Origin: Candidatus Poribacteria bacterium
Lineage (GTDB): Bacteria > Poribacteria > WGA-4E > WGA-3G
Assembly (NCBI GenBank): GCA_965205025.1
Contig: CBDBFU010000015.1
Span: forward strand, 128,001 to 192,000
DNA: 64,000 bases
Direction of reading: 5' to 3'
Shown here: piece by piece, positions 42,601 to 51,899 of the stretch
Layout: each line of letters begins with the position of its first letter
Numbering within the stretch: position 1 is the first letter of the stretch
The notes under the pieces: model-generated
The model's database searches: none
What the model was told of the DNA's origin: nothing
Seen by the model: the letters and a program-made list of their open reading frames with translations, nothing else
Program-made: the position numbers and the translations under genes

Positions 42601-43092
42601 CTTATTCTTGTGGCACAAAACTTTGGTGCATCAGTGGATTCCGCTACTGCGTCTCCTTTATTTACAATAGACAATAAGGAACTCATGCCTGCAATGGTGC
42701 AAGCATGGATAGATCAAGCATCCGCTGAAAACGATGGTTCTATTGTTTTCCAACAAGGGATAGAGAATCTCGAACGGTTATTAGCATCGCTGATTCCTGA
42801 AAAAACAGCACTGCTGGCAAACTACCCAAATCCTTTCAATCCAGAGACGTGGATACCGTATCACCTGGCAAAACCTGCGGATGTGGTTTTGACTATTTAC
42901 GCAGCGGATGGTGCGGTTGTTCACACAATAGCGTTAGGACATCAAAATGTCGGTAGGTATCAGAGTCGGAGTCGCGCTGCGCATTGGGATGGTAAAAACG
43001 CACTTGGTGAGTCTGTGGCAAGTGGTGTATATTTTTATACATTAACAGTAGGCGATTTTTCTGCTACACGCAAGATGTTAATAATGAAATAG
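36625..43092 (+). CDS. 2155-aa secreted multidomain protein: cytochrome c domains, internalin-like LRRs, cohesin, dockerin-like, FlgD/T9SS-like C-terminal domain
   Basis: CLVCH and CIGCH; three IPD.NLR.AI caps + LRRs; G.IDNTTGKI cohesin; DVN.DG; ANYPNPFNPETWIPY...SGVYFY. Confidence 0.9.
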   Translation: MKRWKYIITISCLLIFNFVYQNVQAQQNIAQEAYAIFEQSCLVCHGENGAYTEALIIEHTALIEEGKVIPGDPDGSVFYQRLIETNVAKRMPQGQPALDPVAIETIRQWILAGAPDWDAVPRPKTDFITTDTMLESIENHVNSLSSSDRSFARYFTLTHLYNAGETTEALNAYRRALSKLINSLSWGREVVKPQPIDTEQTVFYIDLRDYEWDVRNDAWTQIEQAYPYQMTFDAPTQTHLHEKLTTLQQEMNCEVPFVHVDWFLATASLPPLYHDILALPDTDRELEALLEVFVAENLQNAPGKRVWRAGFNESGVSRHNRVVERHTSSYGAYWKSYDFAGSAESQNIFTHPLDFTHDGGEIIFNLPNGLQAYFLVDAIGGRLDVAPTEIVSNPAASDPAVRNGLSCIGCHTQGMKTFEDEVRAVVDKAANPPFDKARALELYVKKEVMDGLIEEDTERYREALEAAGGVFGGIEQIQRFHEAFQGTLSVAHAAAAVGLETEVFLEKTSKNTTLQNLLGALVLENGAIKRDAWTSNFYDVISALNTPDSMLPIVERPERIPGAGVYIPDANLRTAIEEALGKAAGEVITVEDMEKLKSFKSVNNGIHDLTGLQFAANLQSLEVWDNQITDLTPLRGLTGLYGLNLKHNAVSDLSPISELINLTEINLEGNLVSDLSPLKNLKKLRYLQLWDCPVSDLSPLAGLTELTELNLADQRWYDLGLIDLSPLTGLTNMEYLTVHNLKLSSGLTPLAGLINLKSLKFDDNNVTDVTPLANLNNLEHIITWGNPISDFSPLTKLTKLKKVDICGANITDLSFLAGKPELTELYLVKNEITDITPLAELHGLTRLNLEGNNISDVSSIAGLTNLKWLKLTNNPITDFLPLTELFENTNIVFDVVIPDVNLRSAIAEVLGKEDMTAPITLAEITSLTTLIASNKDIHDLTGLEQAVNLEELWISKNPTFDLSPLANLKNLIGLGAWETPISDLSPLADLPKLRWLDFGRTPTDANRDLIGNLDLAPLAGITSLRKLTFYACGIIDISPLANLTELTHLRVGGNREIWDASPVAELINLEHLDFHHDSISDLRPLAGLTKLKHLNLYDNRLVSDLSPLAGLTNLTELRLHRNMISDVSPLSGLINLEILILRNNLISDISPLEGLPEHTHIDWLNNPGASVGGPKIEGPWLWLSIPRKRLESKTDLLAEISHGSVTENEIATKGASEGMVVGDNSWIAHSISSTNRGNVAEMLNALGQPEVRYTVVYGSITIYSQQEQNTNMFVGAEGNHKIWLNGELIREDLSYNGSDIHDYELFFPVTLKQGSNILLVAIDNYPYPERFEAYFGFKKSTEYIAFQPSDIHIPDPNLRATIAETLSKEETAPITLQEITSLTTLIASNKDIKDLTGLEFATNLTEFRIDHNPISNLSPIAALTKMREIYFNDTQITDLSPLASLRDLEVINAAHTRISNLEPLADLKNLKKLDTVHSDISDLSPLAGLTNLTRLYLYDCKATDLSPLKGLTKLTWLGLTHTDNISDFSPLSGLTNLEHLDLSDTEISDLTPLAGLINLETLILNENRIVDVSPLASLRNLKDLQLHKNNISDLSPLARIRESIEVFTWFGNPAFPQGGPNIEGPWLWLTFPGKADKDVDYLATASNNKITEEQIANLGASEGNVIGNRAWSVGMLEPYHPNDFKANKTNLRRLLDSQDAITPNTYGQTFVVYGSMTLYSPRIQQTKIFIGASAGQKIYLNGKLVHQDYIDYAFGAHNVGYRTFFPVTLQKGKNVLLVRLDNLKAHYDLWSLFFGLDEITEYMVLTPGVGFSFSVIEKDFLAGDTFTLNLNAENITDLAGWEGDISYDPNVLEAIEVTEGGFLKTHDATTFFQRGTIDNTTGKITGINIARIAEGGVNGSGTLLSVKFRAKVGGDTYITLENFEFGSSSGDIIPAVPPNITITVGEYPAWDVNQDGRVSILDLILVAQDLGSGTPANLRTDVNRDGVINIQDLILVAQNFGASVDSATASPLFTIDNKELMPAMVQAWIDQASAENDGSIVFQQGIENLERLLASLIPEKTALLANYPNPFNPETWIPYHLAKPADVVLTIYAADGAVVHTIALGHQNVGRYQSRSRAAHWDGKNALGESVASGVYFYTLTVGDFSATRKMLIMK

Positions 43093-43308
43093 TATCATAA
43101 GACCTTATGATAGTTGGAATGCTGATTTTTATTGACTTCGCAACCATCGTTGATGAGTTGGGTTGAGAATGATGATTTACTGTAGTTTGGACACTTTTCA
43201 GCGTGAACTCAATATATAAAATCGGTTTACTTCATCTGTTCTAAATTCTGACTCAACACATAAAATGAAACCCTCATTGCTCCAACGGAACGGTATATAG
43301 TGAATCGA

Positions 43309-43380
43309 TACATAGCACTCCGCTGGAGTGCAAGAATTTACCGAGCATGTTTTCTATAGACATAGCACTCCGCTGGAGTA
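43309..43380. repeat. REP doublet CATAGCACTCCGCTGGAGT
   Basis: Near reverse complement of 651-722. Confidence 0.8.
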
Positions 43381-43595
43381 GGGAGTCCATAAGCTGTTGT
43401 TATCAAACTACCCCGGAACCCAAAGAAGGTATCAAGTCCCTTTGTAGCACACTTCCCGAAAGTTGCCAAAGCGCCATTACCATCAGCACATTTCAAAGGT
43501 GAAGCAGAAGAGTGATCTTTTCATTTTTTATTCTATTTTAAATTAATATTCAGATGCACCTGATTCAGATACAATTCAAAGCCTGGATTGATATC

Positions 43596-44231
43596 CTACA
43601 TCAAACTTCTAAAAGTTATTGAAACTCTTCGTCCCCGTTCATATTTTCGCCCTTCCCATACATCCGTTTTTCTGGAAGGTATACCGTGCATCCATTGTGT
43701 TTTGGCATCTTCACTTAATACTGCAATACTTCTGGGTGCCAACCAGATTGGAACCTTTTGGCTTTCATCATCTTGGTTTGTCAACTCCATTACACAACTT
43801 GACCCTAAACTCAATGATATTATGGTATCCATATGACATGCCTCCTTATCAATATGATTACCAATACCTTGCCCAGGTTCGTATTCACTAACAAGTGCTT
43901 GGTTTGCTACTACCGGCATATATCCATCTGTGTGCAATTTCAGACAAAGTCGTTTTAACCATTCAGGCATCTCTGTAACAGATCTTTCATCGTCGGATTC
44001 ATCATCGTCCCGGTAATACGATTCACCATAATGTTGAATTCGACGCTGGTAAAAATCACCCCATTCGTGTTTCTCAATCTCATTCAACAACCATTCATGT
44101 TGAAACTCAGTGATATAGTTAGGAACATACCTAAGTCCTCTGATTACCTCTACTGCATGTTGATTTGTTGGAGGAGGGTGAGGTTGAAAAAACTGATGGT
44201 CTATTATTGGAAAGAGAGATTGTTGTTCCAT
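43596..44231 (-). CDS. AlkB-like 2OG-Fe(II) dioxygenase
   Basis: YEPGQGIGNHID, SLSLGS, W.HGI, RRVSITFR. Confidence 0.9.
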   Translation of the reverse strand: MEQQSLFPIIDHQFFQPHPPPTNQHAVEVIRGLRYVPNYITEFQHEWLLNEIEKHEWGDFYQRRIQHYGESYYRDDDESDDERSVTEMPEWLKRLCLKLHTDGYMPVVANQALVSEYEPGQGIGNHIDKEACHMDTIISLSLGSSCVMELTNQDDESQKVPIWLAPRSIAVLSEDAKTQWMHGIPSRKTDVWEGRKYERGRRVSITFRSLM

Positions 44232-44239
44232 TAGTCTTA

Positions 44240-45487
44240 TTACTCTTGACTATATGCTGGATTCGGTTCCAATTCACTGTGATATGCAAAAAGAATTGCG
44301 ATTGCAATACATGCTCCAACAATACCTACTGGTGAAAAATTACCAACCAGATCAACCAACAAACCGAGTAATGGTGCCAATATAATAGTTGCTAAAGATT
44401 TAGATTGAGCTTCAATAGATAAAATCGTTGCACTCATTTCAGGTGTTGATTGTTCATTGAAACGGCTAATCAATCCGGGTCTCCAGAAGTTTTGTAGAAT
44501 TGCTAACGCAACGAAAAGGGGTATAATCGCTGGATACAGATTATACCAAAGTGCTGGTATCAAAAGAGCAAAAAGCGTGAGATTGATCCACCACATTAAT
44601 TGTGCTGCTCCTTCATCACCCCCCTTCCAATCTGAAACCTTATGTGAATTTCGTGAGGCAAAGGAGGCTATGAAGTACAATATAAAATATACCCCACCGA
44701 CGAGTAATGTTGACCTCTTAAAGTCATCCATTGCAATAAGAAATGGTAATGCAATTGCTGTCTGTTTCAGTATGGGTTGTAGAAAATCTTTACTTGCTTT
44801 ATACATCCCTTCAAAACCCATGCCTTCGAACACTAATCGACGGAGCGGTGGAAATTGAACAGACTGTTTCAGAGCCGTACCAAGGAAGACAGCAACAACT
44901 TTCAGAGAAAACTCGCTTTGTCTATCACCATCCAACTTAGCAGGATAACCGAGGAAGTTAATAATGTTCAGAACGCATGGAAGGATTGAGAACCAGAATA
45001 TGTCTGTGAAATTACCAGTAAAAAAAACCAATACCGCTGCGATGAGGACAGAAAGAGCGGAACCCATTTGAGACCACGATCTTGTAAATCCATATACTTT
45101 TGTTTTTTCATCTGATCGTCCCATTATACTCAGCCAGTCAAAGATCATTGCTTTGTGTGTTCCACTGCGGAAGGCATCTCCTAAACCAAAGAAAAACATA
45201 CCACCAAACAATAAAAACAGAGATTCACTCACTGCAAAAGTTGCAAAAGAGGCTATATAGGCACAGAATGAAAAAATCATAGCTCTTCGTCTGCCGTATA
45301 GGTCTGCTAATGCCCCAGATGGTATTTCAAATATGTTTGTGCATACCTCTCGAAACCCAATTAGGATACCAATCTGGAAGAAGGATAACCCCTTCTCCCG
45401 AAATGCTAAAATCAGGAATGGATCATAATAACGTTGGTTTTTTAAGAATCCGTAGAGCGAAAAACGGAAGAGCATTGGGATACGCAT
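44240..45487 (-). CDS. MFS transporter
   Basis: EIPSGALADLYGRR motif; many TMs. Confidence 0.9.
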   Translation of the reverse strand: MRIPMLFRFSLYGFLKNQRYYDPFLILAFREKGLSFFQIGILIGFREVCTNIFEIPSGALADLYGRRRAMIFSFCAYIASFATFAVSESLFLLFGGMFFFGLGDAFRSGTHKAMIFDWLSIMGRSDEKTKVYGFTRSWSQMGSALSVLIAAVLVFFTGNFTDIFWFSILPCVLNIINFLGYPAKLDGDRQSEFSLKVVAVFLGTALKQSVQFPPLRRLVFEGMGFEGMYKASKDFLQPILKQTAIALPFLIAMDDFKRSTLLVGGVYFILYFIASFASRNSHKVSDWKGGDEGAAQLMWWINLTLFALLIPALWYNLYPAIIPLFVALAILQNFWRPGLISRFNEQSTPEMSATILSIEAQSKSLATIILAPLLGLLVDLVGNFSPVGIVGACIAIAILFAYHSELEPNPAYSQE

Positions 45488-45507
45488 AGATTAGAGATAT
45501 AGACTAA

Positions 45508-46038
45508 TTACTGTTTCTCCCATATTTGGACGTTATATCTTGGTAAATCAAAAGGATATTCCCCATATTCAAGAATAGGCATTCCGTGATCATCAACAGT
45601 TACGACGGCATAGAGTTGATGAGGGGTAACACTTGTATCTATCCTTTCAAGGAATTGCCACCGATCTCCATCAGCGGTTATAAGTCTTATTTTTGTCCAA
45701 AGAATACCTTCTCCATCACTATAAGTTCCATCAGACACCTGTAATTGGGGTTGTGGATCAGCAGGTAACGTGAAACTTTCTCCAATTGTGGATGTGGAAT
45801 TTAGATGGGTATGTGAAACCAAAACCCATGTACCCGGTACAGGCACTTCAACACCGTTCTGGTCAACTGGCCATACATGGTCACGTTCTTCTATTGGGGT
45901 TGAACTTTCTGCTTGAGAATCCACTACTTGCAGGATGTGTTCACAGCCGGAAAATCCGATAACTAAAACAACAATAGTCAATATAAAAGTCAATTTTGTG
46001 ATTGTTTTTGTATGCACATTGAATTCCTTTGTTTTCAA
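45508..46038 (-). CDS. Putative lipoprotein
   Basis: FSG-C lipobox after hydrophobic stretch. Confidence 0.65.
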   Translation of the reverse strand: MKTKEFNVHTKTITKLTFILTIVVLVIGFSGCEHILQVVDSQAESSTPIEERDHVWPVDQNGVEVPVPGTWVLVSHTHLNSTSTIGESFTLPADPQPQLQVSDGTYSDGEGILWTKIRLITADGDRWQFLERIDTSVTPHQLYAVVTVDDHGMPILEYGEYPFDLPRYNVQIWEKQ

Positions 46039-46104
46039 ATAACTGTAGCGGTTGGTAAGATATGTCTATTGAGAATTTATAAACTTACTGTATAAAGTTC
46101 ATTT

Positions 46105-46470
46105 TTATCCAACAGTCTTATCCTTTCGTTGATGAATGAGAATACGATTCTGATCTGGGTCTTCAATAACTGCCCAATAACATACCGAGGATTCCCCAAT
46201 AGGTAATACTATAGGAATTCCTGCTTGTTCTAATTCTCCTACCGCAGACTCCACATTTTCAACAGCAAGTGCGACCATCCCACCACCGGGTTGTATGAAA
46301 TCATCACCTTCACCCAATGCTAATGTACCGGGATTAATTTCAAATTCTGCCCATTTTCCTTCATAAACCAAACATGACAATGGCATACCCAGTGTATCAC
46401 GATAGAATACCAAAGCTTTATCCATGTCACTCACTGCAAAGAAAGTAAAGTCTATACCTAATACATTCAT
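46105..46470 (-). CDS. VOC/glyoxalase family protein
   Basis: VSDMDKALVFYRDTLG...EDPDQN. Confidence 0.9.
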   Translation of the reverse strand: MNVLGIDFTFFAVSDMDKALVFYRDTLGMPLSCLVYEGKWAEFEINPGTLALGEGDDFIQPGGGMVALAVENVESAVGELEQAGIPIVLPIGESSVCYWAVIEDPDQNRILIHQRKDKTVG

Positions 46471-46507
46471 AGAAACAATCTCCTATACTCCCTAATTCAG
46501 TACCATG

Positions 46508-47482
46508 CTAAGGGGTAAGTGTTTTGATCGGATATTCCTGATCACAATCTGGTGCTGTCCAGAATGGACTCCAATCTGCAGCGCAATCTTTACCTTTGTA
46601 TAGAGTCTTACCTATAACTGCCCACGCCGTTCCTTCTGATGAAAACGTAATAAATCCCGTGCTAATCCGATCAGTGGATTCATTAAATTGATCATTGAGT
46701 TCAGTCCATATGCCACCACCATCCTCTGATCGACAAAGCCATGCCCCACCACCTCTTGGTCCCTTTTGGACAGCGGCAATCATTAAATCTGGATCTTCTG
46801 GATGTACAGCAATAGCGGTACCGTACCGAACCGGTAACCCTTCAAGGTAATTTTCCCATGAGACACCTCTGTCTTTACTGACATAAACACCGTTCTGTGT
46901 GTTTGCATAAACTCTATTATCGTCTGCAGGACACGTAGCAACCTGATGGACATCTTTATTAAGGTCTGGTGTGACGGGTTCCCAAGAAATCCCTTCATCG
47001 TTGGAACGCATGATACTTCCGACATGGATATCTGCGTAGCAAAATCCATCTTTAGTTTTCGCTAAAGTCCGGACAGCTGGTGGACCGCCCCACGGTGTGT
47101 ACCAATCTTTTCGACATTCTAATTCGTCAAATGAGGCAATCCGTTCAGCCGGTCCCTCTTCTCCAACGAGACGATAAACATAAGCCCCCTCATCTGTTCC
47201 AATCAGTATAGTCAATGGATTCTCACGAACAACAAGCAACGAAGCAATTGGATCGTCTATACCTGTTGGAATTCGTTTCTCTTCATCATCAGATAAAACC
47301 AGTAGTGTTCCATCAGACATGGCAGTTACTACGGATTGATTGTTCGATAGGGACACCATTGCACCGTGAGTGTTACTTCCGTTATCATCCTTTTGGTCAG
47401 TGCCATCGTAGAGCAAGGTGGGTTCACCATTTCCATTATCCTCAACGGCATAAATTGCGTTGTATGTAGCAAAAAACATAAT
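46508..47482 (-). CDS. BNR/Asp-box beta-propeller protein
   Basis: SNDEGISW, SKDRGVSW, SEDGGGIW; AAGGAG RBS before MFFATY. Confidence 0.8.
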   Translation of the reverse strand: MMFFATYNAIYAVEDNGNGEPTLLYDGTDQKDDNGSNTHGAMVSLSNNQSVVTAMSDGTLLVLSDDEEKRIPTGIDDPIASLLVVRENPLTILIGTDEGAYVYRLVGEEGPAERIASFDELECRKDWYTPWGGPPAVRTLAKTKDGFCYADIHVGSIMRSNDEGISWEPVTPDLNKDVHQVATCPADDNRVYANTQNGVYVSKDRGVSWENYLEGLPVRYGTAIAVHPEDPDLMIAAVQKGPRGGGAWLCRSEDGGGIWTELNDQFNESTDRISTGFITFSSEGTAWAVIGKTLYKGKDCAADWSPFWTAPDCDQEYPIKTLTP

Positions 47483-47679
47483 ATATTCTCCTTTGTTGTG
47501 TATCGGGGAAGATCTTTGTGCCAAAGCGAAAATATCGGTCAAGTTGTGATGCTTTTTCTACAGCATCCTGATCAGAATAGGAAGTTGTTGAATAATCACG
47601 ATCCACTCCATTCATAAAATTATAGAAAAAGATAATAAAGAATACTAATGATGAATCAATATCAAACTATCAATCTCTA

Positions 47680-48123
47680 TTATTCTTCGTCCTTAGGCAA
47701 TTCTTCAACAACCTTATAGTGTTTTAACAGGTCTCCAGACTTATACGTTTCAGTTTTAACTGGGGTAATTTCATCCTCGGTCACAGCAATTTGCCATGGA
47801 TCAATATGTACTTTCTTTTCTTCTGGTATAACTTCTGGGTCCACGAAATAGATATAAATCGTCTCGTCTGGTTTAAACTGATCTGGATATTGAAAGGAAA
47901 TGATTCGTCTAACCAGATCTATATTTGACGTGCCGGGTGGTCTGGCAGCACAAGCCAATGCGAATAGAAAGTCCGGTGTAAGGTAGATTGCTTCTAATGC
48001 CTCTTCAGGGGGTCTCCCAGGCGGGGCAATCGCTTTACGTTTTTTTAATTTTGTAAGAGATTGTTTGCTTCCGTGATATAAATACGTTGTTTGTTTCTCC
48101 ATAGGTCCGCCCATAAATAGCAC
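47680..48123 (-). CDS. Hypothetical protein (YHGS motif, possibly ADP-ribosyltransferase-like)
   Basis: YLYHGS...AIYLTPD..FAL..A. Confidence 0.55.
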   Translation of the reverse strand: MLFMGGPMEKQTTYLYHGSKQSLTKLKKRKAIAPPGRPPEEALEAIYLTPDFLFALACAARPPGTSNIDLVRRIISFQYPDQFKPDETIYIYFVDPEVIPEEKKVHIDPWQIAVTEDEITPVKTETYKSGDLLKHYKVVEELPKDEE

Positions 48124-48133
48124 AGTTTTCTTA

Positions 48134-48775
48134 TTAGGTATGCAACATCTTCATAAATGTATCCTTGCTCGAAAAGTCTTCGACCCAATATTCGCATTTT
48201 CCCTTTAATCGCGCGCCGATTCCTATGAAGTGCCATCCGAGTTCTTGGGTCGCCTGCATATCCCATTCAGCATCGCCTATGTAGACGACACGCTGGAAAC
48301 AATGACCTAACTGCAATAGGCATTTCTTCATAATCGTTACGCGCTCATCACCATCGTCACTGGAAGTTAAGACTATATTCTTCAAGTCAAATCCTGCATG
48401 CCGAAGTTTCATTTTCGCTGTATGTTCCCAACCACCTGTCGCGAATCCAACTTCGTAGTCCTCTGCAGCGAGAAGTTTATCAATCAGGTGAATAGCACCT
48501 CCTTTTGGGAGGCATTTGCCACCGTTTTGAAGATACTGCCGAATCAATTCGCCGAATTTTGTGCGAACTTCCTCAACTTGTCCCACTTCCTGAATCTTAT
48601 TCTCTTCCATAATTTGTCGCAAACTACCTGTGTCGGTGACATTTTTGTATTTGCTCCAATCATTATGGATATAAACTTCACCCAGGACTGCTCTTATCGC
48701 AGAAATGTAACAAGCAACATCGAAACCGAAACTGTCGACAAGTGTGCCATCAATATCAAATACCGTAGCGATCAT
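48134..48775 (-). CDS. HAD-family hydrolase
   Basis: FDIDGTLVDS, ATGG, YIGDAEWD. Confidence 0.9.
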   Translation of the reverse strand: MIATVFDIDGTLVDSFGFDVACYISAIRAVLGEVYIHNDWSKYKNVTDTGSLRQIMEENKIQEVGQVEEVRTKFGELIRQYLQNGGKCLPKGGAIHLIDKLLAAEDYEVGFATGGWEHTAKMKLRHAGFDLKNIVLTSSDDGDERVTIMKKCLLQLGHCFQRVVYIGDAEWDMQATQELGWHFIGIGARLKGKCEYWVEDFSSKDTFMKMLHT

Positions 48776-48922
48776 TTATTACTTTTTCCTGATTTTTTCG
48801 GTTGTTATGTTCAGGAAGGTTACTCCGTATGCCTGGGGCAGTTCATGTTCTATCCGTGTAACATAGCAGCGTTCAAATGCTCCGTTTTCTCGGAGTATTT
48901 CAGTGAGGCGTTTGGGAGTCAG

Positions 48923-49798
48923 TTACTCGTCTCCGGTGAAATTCACGAGCAGTCTTCGTCCATTTAAGGGTTGTACCGGCCTGTTGTTATCATGCATAAT
49001 CGCTTTGAACGCTGCGATTTGTGCTTCAGACATCTCGATCGGCGTTGTCAGCATAATCCATTTGACACCTTCCGTACAAGGCGGGGTCGTCAACGAACCG
49101 TCATAACGATAGTAGTTCCAAAAACGCGACGGTGCTTCGTCGGTTATCTGGTCATTTGGTGAAAACATAAAGCGAGGATCGATTATCAAGCTGCCATCTT
49201 CAGTAACATTCTCAATACGTTGCGTTTCACCTGGAACTGTGGGTAGATGGGACCAGATAGGGTCAAATGCGAACTTGTGACGACCGCGCTCAATTAGCAA
49301 TCCAACGACTGCCAACGTGCCATCCTCGCTTTTATGAACGAAGTGCACCTCTATATCAAAGGATTTACCTACCACCGTATGTTCGCTTGGCGCATGGAAA
49401 TGGAATTGGAGCAGCTGATACCGCGTGCCATCAACCTCAATCCAGTTTCCTTCTGGACACGCAACTTCAATTGTATGGCCAGTGTTGCGGACATTCATAC
49501 TTGTTGGGCGGTAGTTGTAAGGAATAGGCGGAAGTTTCGCTGGTGTGGCGTTCACAAGATCAATTGGTGATTGGTGTTTCCCCACAGCGCAGAGGAAATA
49601 TTCCGGACTGAGCCGCGCCCAAACATCCGGCCCATTCTCCGCTTCGTAGCCCCAGGATACCGTCTCAGTATGCTGCGTAATCTGCTTTGCTTTTTCCTGA
49701 TAGTTCATATTAATATGTGTACAAGAGATGAGACTGTGAGTGATGAAAGTGAATACAAATAGTAGTTCAAGATTGAGTGCTGTGAATTTATTCAACAT
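48923..49798 (-). CDS. Alpha-class carbonic anhydrase
   Basis: QSPID, QFHFHAPSEH, EVHFVH, YDGSLTTPPCTEGV, NNRPVQP. Confidence 0.95.
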   Translation of the reverse strand: MLNKFTALNLELLFVFTFITHSLISCTHINMNYQEKAKQITQHTETVSWGYEAENGPDVWARLSPEYFLCAVGKHQSPIDLVNATPAKLPPIPYNYRPTSMNVRNTGHTIEVACPEGNWIEVDGTRYQLLQFHFHAPSEHTVVGKSFDIEVHFVHKSEDGTLAVVGLLIERGRHKFAFDPIWSHLPTVPGETQRIENVTEDGSLIIDPRFMFSPNDQITDEAPSRFWNYYRYDGSLTTPPCTEGVKWIMLTTPIEMSEAQIAAFKAIMHDNNRPVQPLNGRRLLVNFTGDE

Positions 49799-50245
49799 GA
49801 TTTTGCACCTTCATTCCCGACCAAAGACCTTTCTGACAATGACCGGGGTATAAAAATAAATGTGTCAGTTACGGATAATTGCTGATAGGTTTTCAATACT
49901 TCTTGGAACTGATGGTAGAATTGCTCGCACTCCCCTTTTGTATCGATCAACTCTATACTGGGCGAATTTGACAGATTAATATGCAACTCTTATGAACGAT
50001 GTTTCCCTTTGATTATCAGAATCTGGTGTACATACTGAATATTCGTCATCCCTTGATAAGAAGAATTATATTTCCCATTTTGGTTGATGATTTCAATAAA
50101 CCTGATGAATCTCTTTTAGATTTTCATAAGGTAGGTCAACCGCAATCCTTCAAGACAGTAGTCAAGGTCTCTGAAGATAAAGGTTCAGCGGGGAGTGGTT
50201 TTTCTGTTGTCATGGTAATGTGTAGGTTAAATGACACCCTATATC

Positions 50246-51511
50246 CTATGCGTATTCGCGAACAATCAGCGGAAGTTTCTCACGTTCTTTACCCAACTCT
50301 GTGCGGACACCATTTTGATTTAATACTATAATATCCCCAGTAATATCGTGTAGTGGAAAATCGCTCTTCGGTTGGGTGAATTCGACAGCGGGACGGTCGC
50401 GGTTGTCTTCAACAAAGCAATTGATGAAATCAATACCTCCCATTATCTCGACTAAGTCTGGTTGTGGTAAGGATAACGATATGGGTGACCATTCTCCACC
50501 AAACTGCTGATCTTGAGCAGCGTTTATCACACTACAATTGGTAAAGGTTACCCGTGCACCTTTTAAAGACTTCTCCTGAACCTTGATACCATAACCTATT
50601 GTGGTGTCAACAGTGCAGTTCTCGAATTCGATATTCCCCGCCGGACCATTATCGCTAATTTTTGTGACACGTATACCTGTTCCGTGTTGACTACTCACAT
50701 AACAATCTTCAAACCGGAGTGTTACATCTTCAGTTTCGCTGGAAGTGTGTGCCAAAAACACCTCTATTCCGTCACCGACATTATCAATAAATTTACATCC
50801 AGAGAAAACAACATTCTTTATCCTTTGGTCGGCTAAGTCAGGTTCAATGTCTACCCCTGATGCTGGTGGTGTACCCCATGTATTTGAAAATTCACAGTTC
50901 TCAACTGTAAGGTTTTCAGCACTAATTACACTGATGCCTTGTCGATAATGGTTATCACAGACAATGTCTCGGAGATGTATGTTTTCAGAATATCTCCTAT
51001 CCTTACCACCATCAACATATATGCCATCTCCACCGCTATCCTTTAATGTTAACCCGAATATATCTACATTTTTGGATCCTCGAATAGAAAGCGTCATACG
51101 CCACTCGGCTTTAGGGTATTGTCCATACCAACGGTGCCAATCAAGTTGTTCAAGGACAAGTCCATTTATATAATCCTGTTTCCACATACGGAAGGTTGCT
51201 CCGTATCCGCGTATGGTAAGATTCTCAACATCTTGTGCTGTAAACAGCGAATCACCACCTCCACGGTATTCACCCCTTTTAGCAGAGATGACGGTGCCGC
51301 GTTCAAAAATAATTTCTTGATTACTTGCAAGTTTTATCGGACGAACCACCCAGTCTGAACGCATATTTGGCACGATTAATCTACGCGCACCAGAATCAAT
51401 AGCGGATTGCAAACCATCTGTCGCATCTTCTGGGTCAAATCCCCACCACGCAGCATTTGCAACGGTAGTCTTCCCTGACTGGACATCTGCGATAGCCTCA
51501 ATATTCTTCAT
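50246..51511 (-). CDS. Right-handed parallel beta-helix protein
   Basis: SGGDGIYV, NHYRQGISVIS, GVDIEPD. Confidence 0.85.
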   Translation of the reverse strand: MKNIEAIADVQSGKTTVANAAWWGFDPEDATDGLQSAIDSGARRLIVPNMRSDWVVRPIKLASNQEIIFERGTVISAKRGEYRGGGDSLFTAQDVENLTIRGYGATFRMWKQDYINGLVLEQLDWHRWYGQYPKAEWRMTLSIRGSKNVDIFGLTLKDSGGDGIYVDGGKDRRYSENIHLRDIVCDNHYRQGISVISAENLTVENCEFSNTWGTPPASGVDIEPDLADQRIKNVVFSGCKFIDNVGDGIEVFLAHTSSETEDVTLRFEDCYVSSQHGTGIRVTKISDNGPAGNIEFENCTVDTTIGYGIKVQEKSLKGARVTFTNCSVINAAQDQQFGGEWSPISLSLPQPDLVEIMGGIDFINCFVEDNRDRPAVEFTQPKSDFPLHDITGDIIVLNQNGVRTELGKEREKLPLIVREYA

Positions 51512-51539
51512 GTATTTTCCATAATACTAAAATAGTGTA

Positions 51540-51767
51540 TTATTTAAAAACGGCAACAGTAACAAGTCGTTTTGTCGCAAGAGTTTTTGGAGAACTTTTT
51601 ATACGTTCAATATGATCCAGTGTTTCTGTGGTCATGTATCTCTCACCACAATTTGGACAACAAATTACTGGCACATCTTCAATGACCAGGAGCGATTCAT
51701 TCTTGCCATAGCTTCTTGTGAGAAGACGCTGACGTGCACCATCCTTGCCACACATTTCACAAATCAT
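51540..51767 (-). CDS. YgiT/MqsA-type zinc finger protein
   Basis: CEMC...VIEDVP..CPNCGE.Y. Confidence 0.85.
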   Translation of the reverse strand: MICEMCGKDGARQRLLTRSYGKNESLLVIEDVPVICCPNCGERYMTTETLDHIERIKSSPKTLATKRLVTVAVFK

Positions 51768-51899
51768 GACTTTACTCTTATGGATGTAGATAATTTCTGA
51801 TGAATTTATACTGCATATACGGTAATACCACTATACTGCTAACGGTTAATGGAGAAGAGATAAAAATGTATTTAACATTATTATCTTCGAATAAAATAC

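Noticed and set aside
48398-50331. Plus-strand ORFs over HAD and carbonic anhydrase genes
   Set aside because: Antisense shadows of well-supported genes
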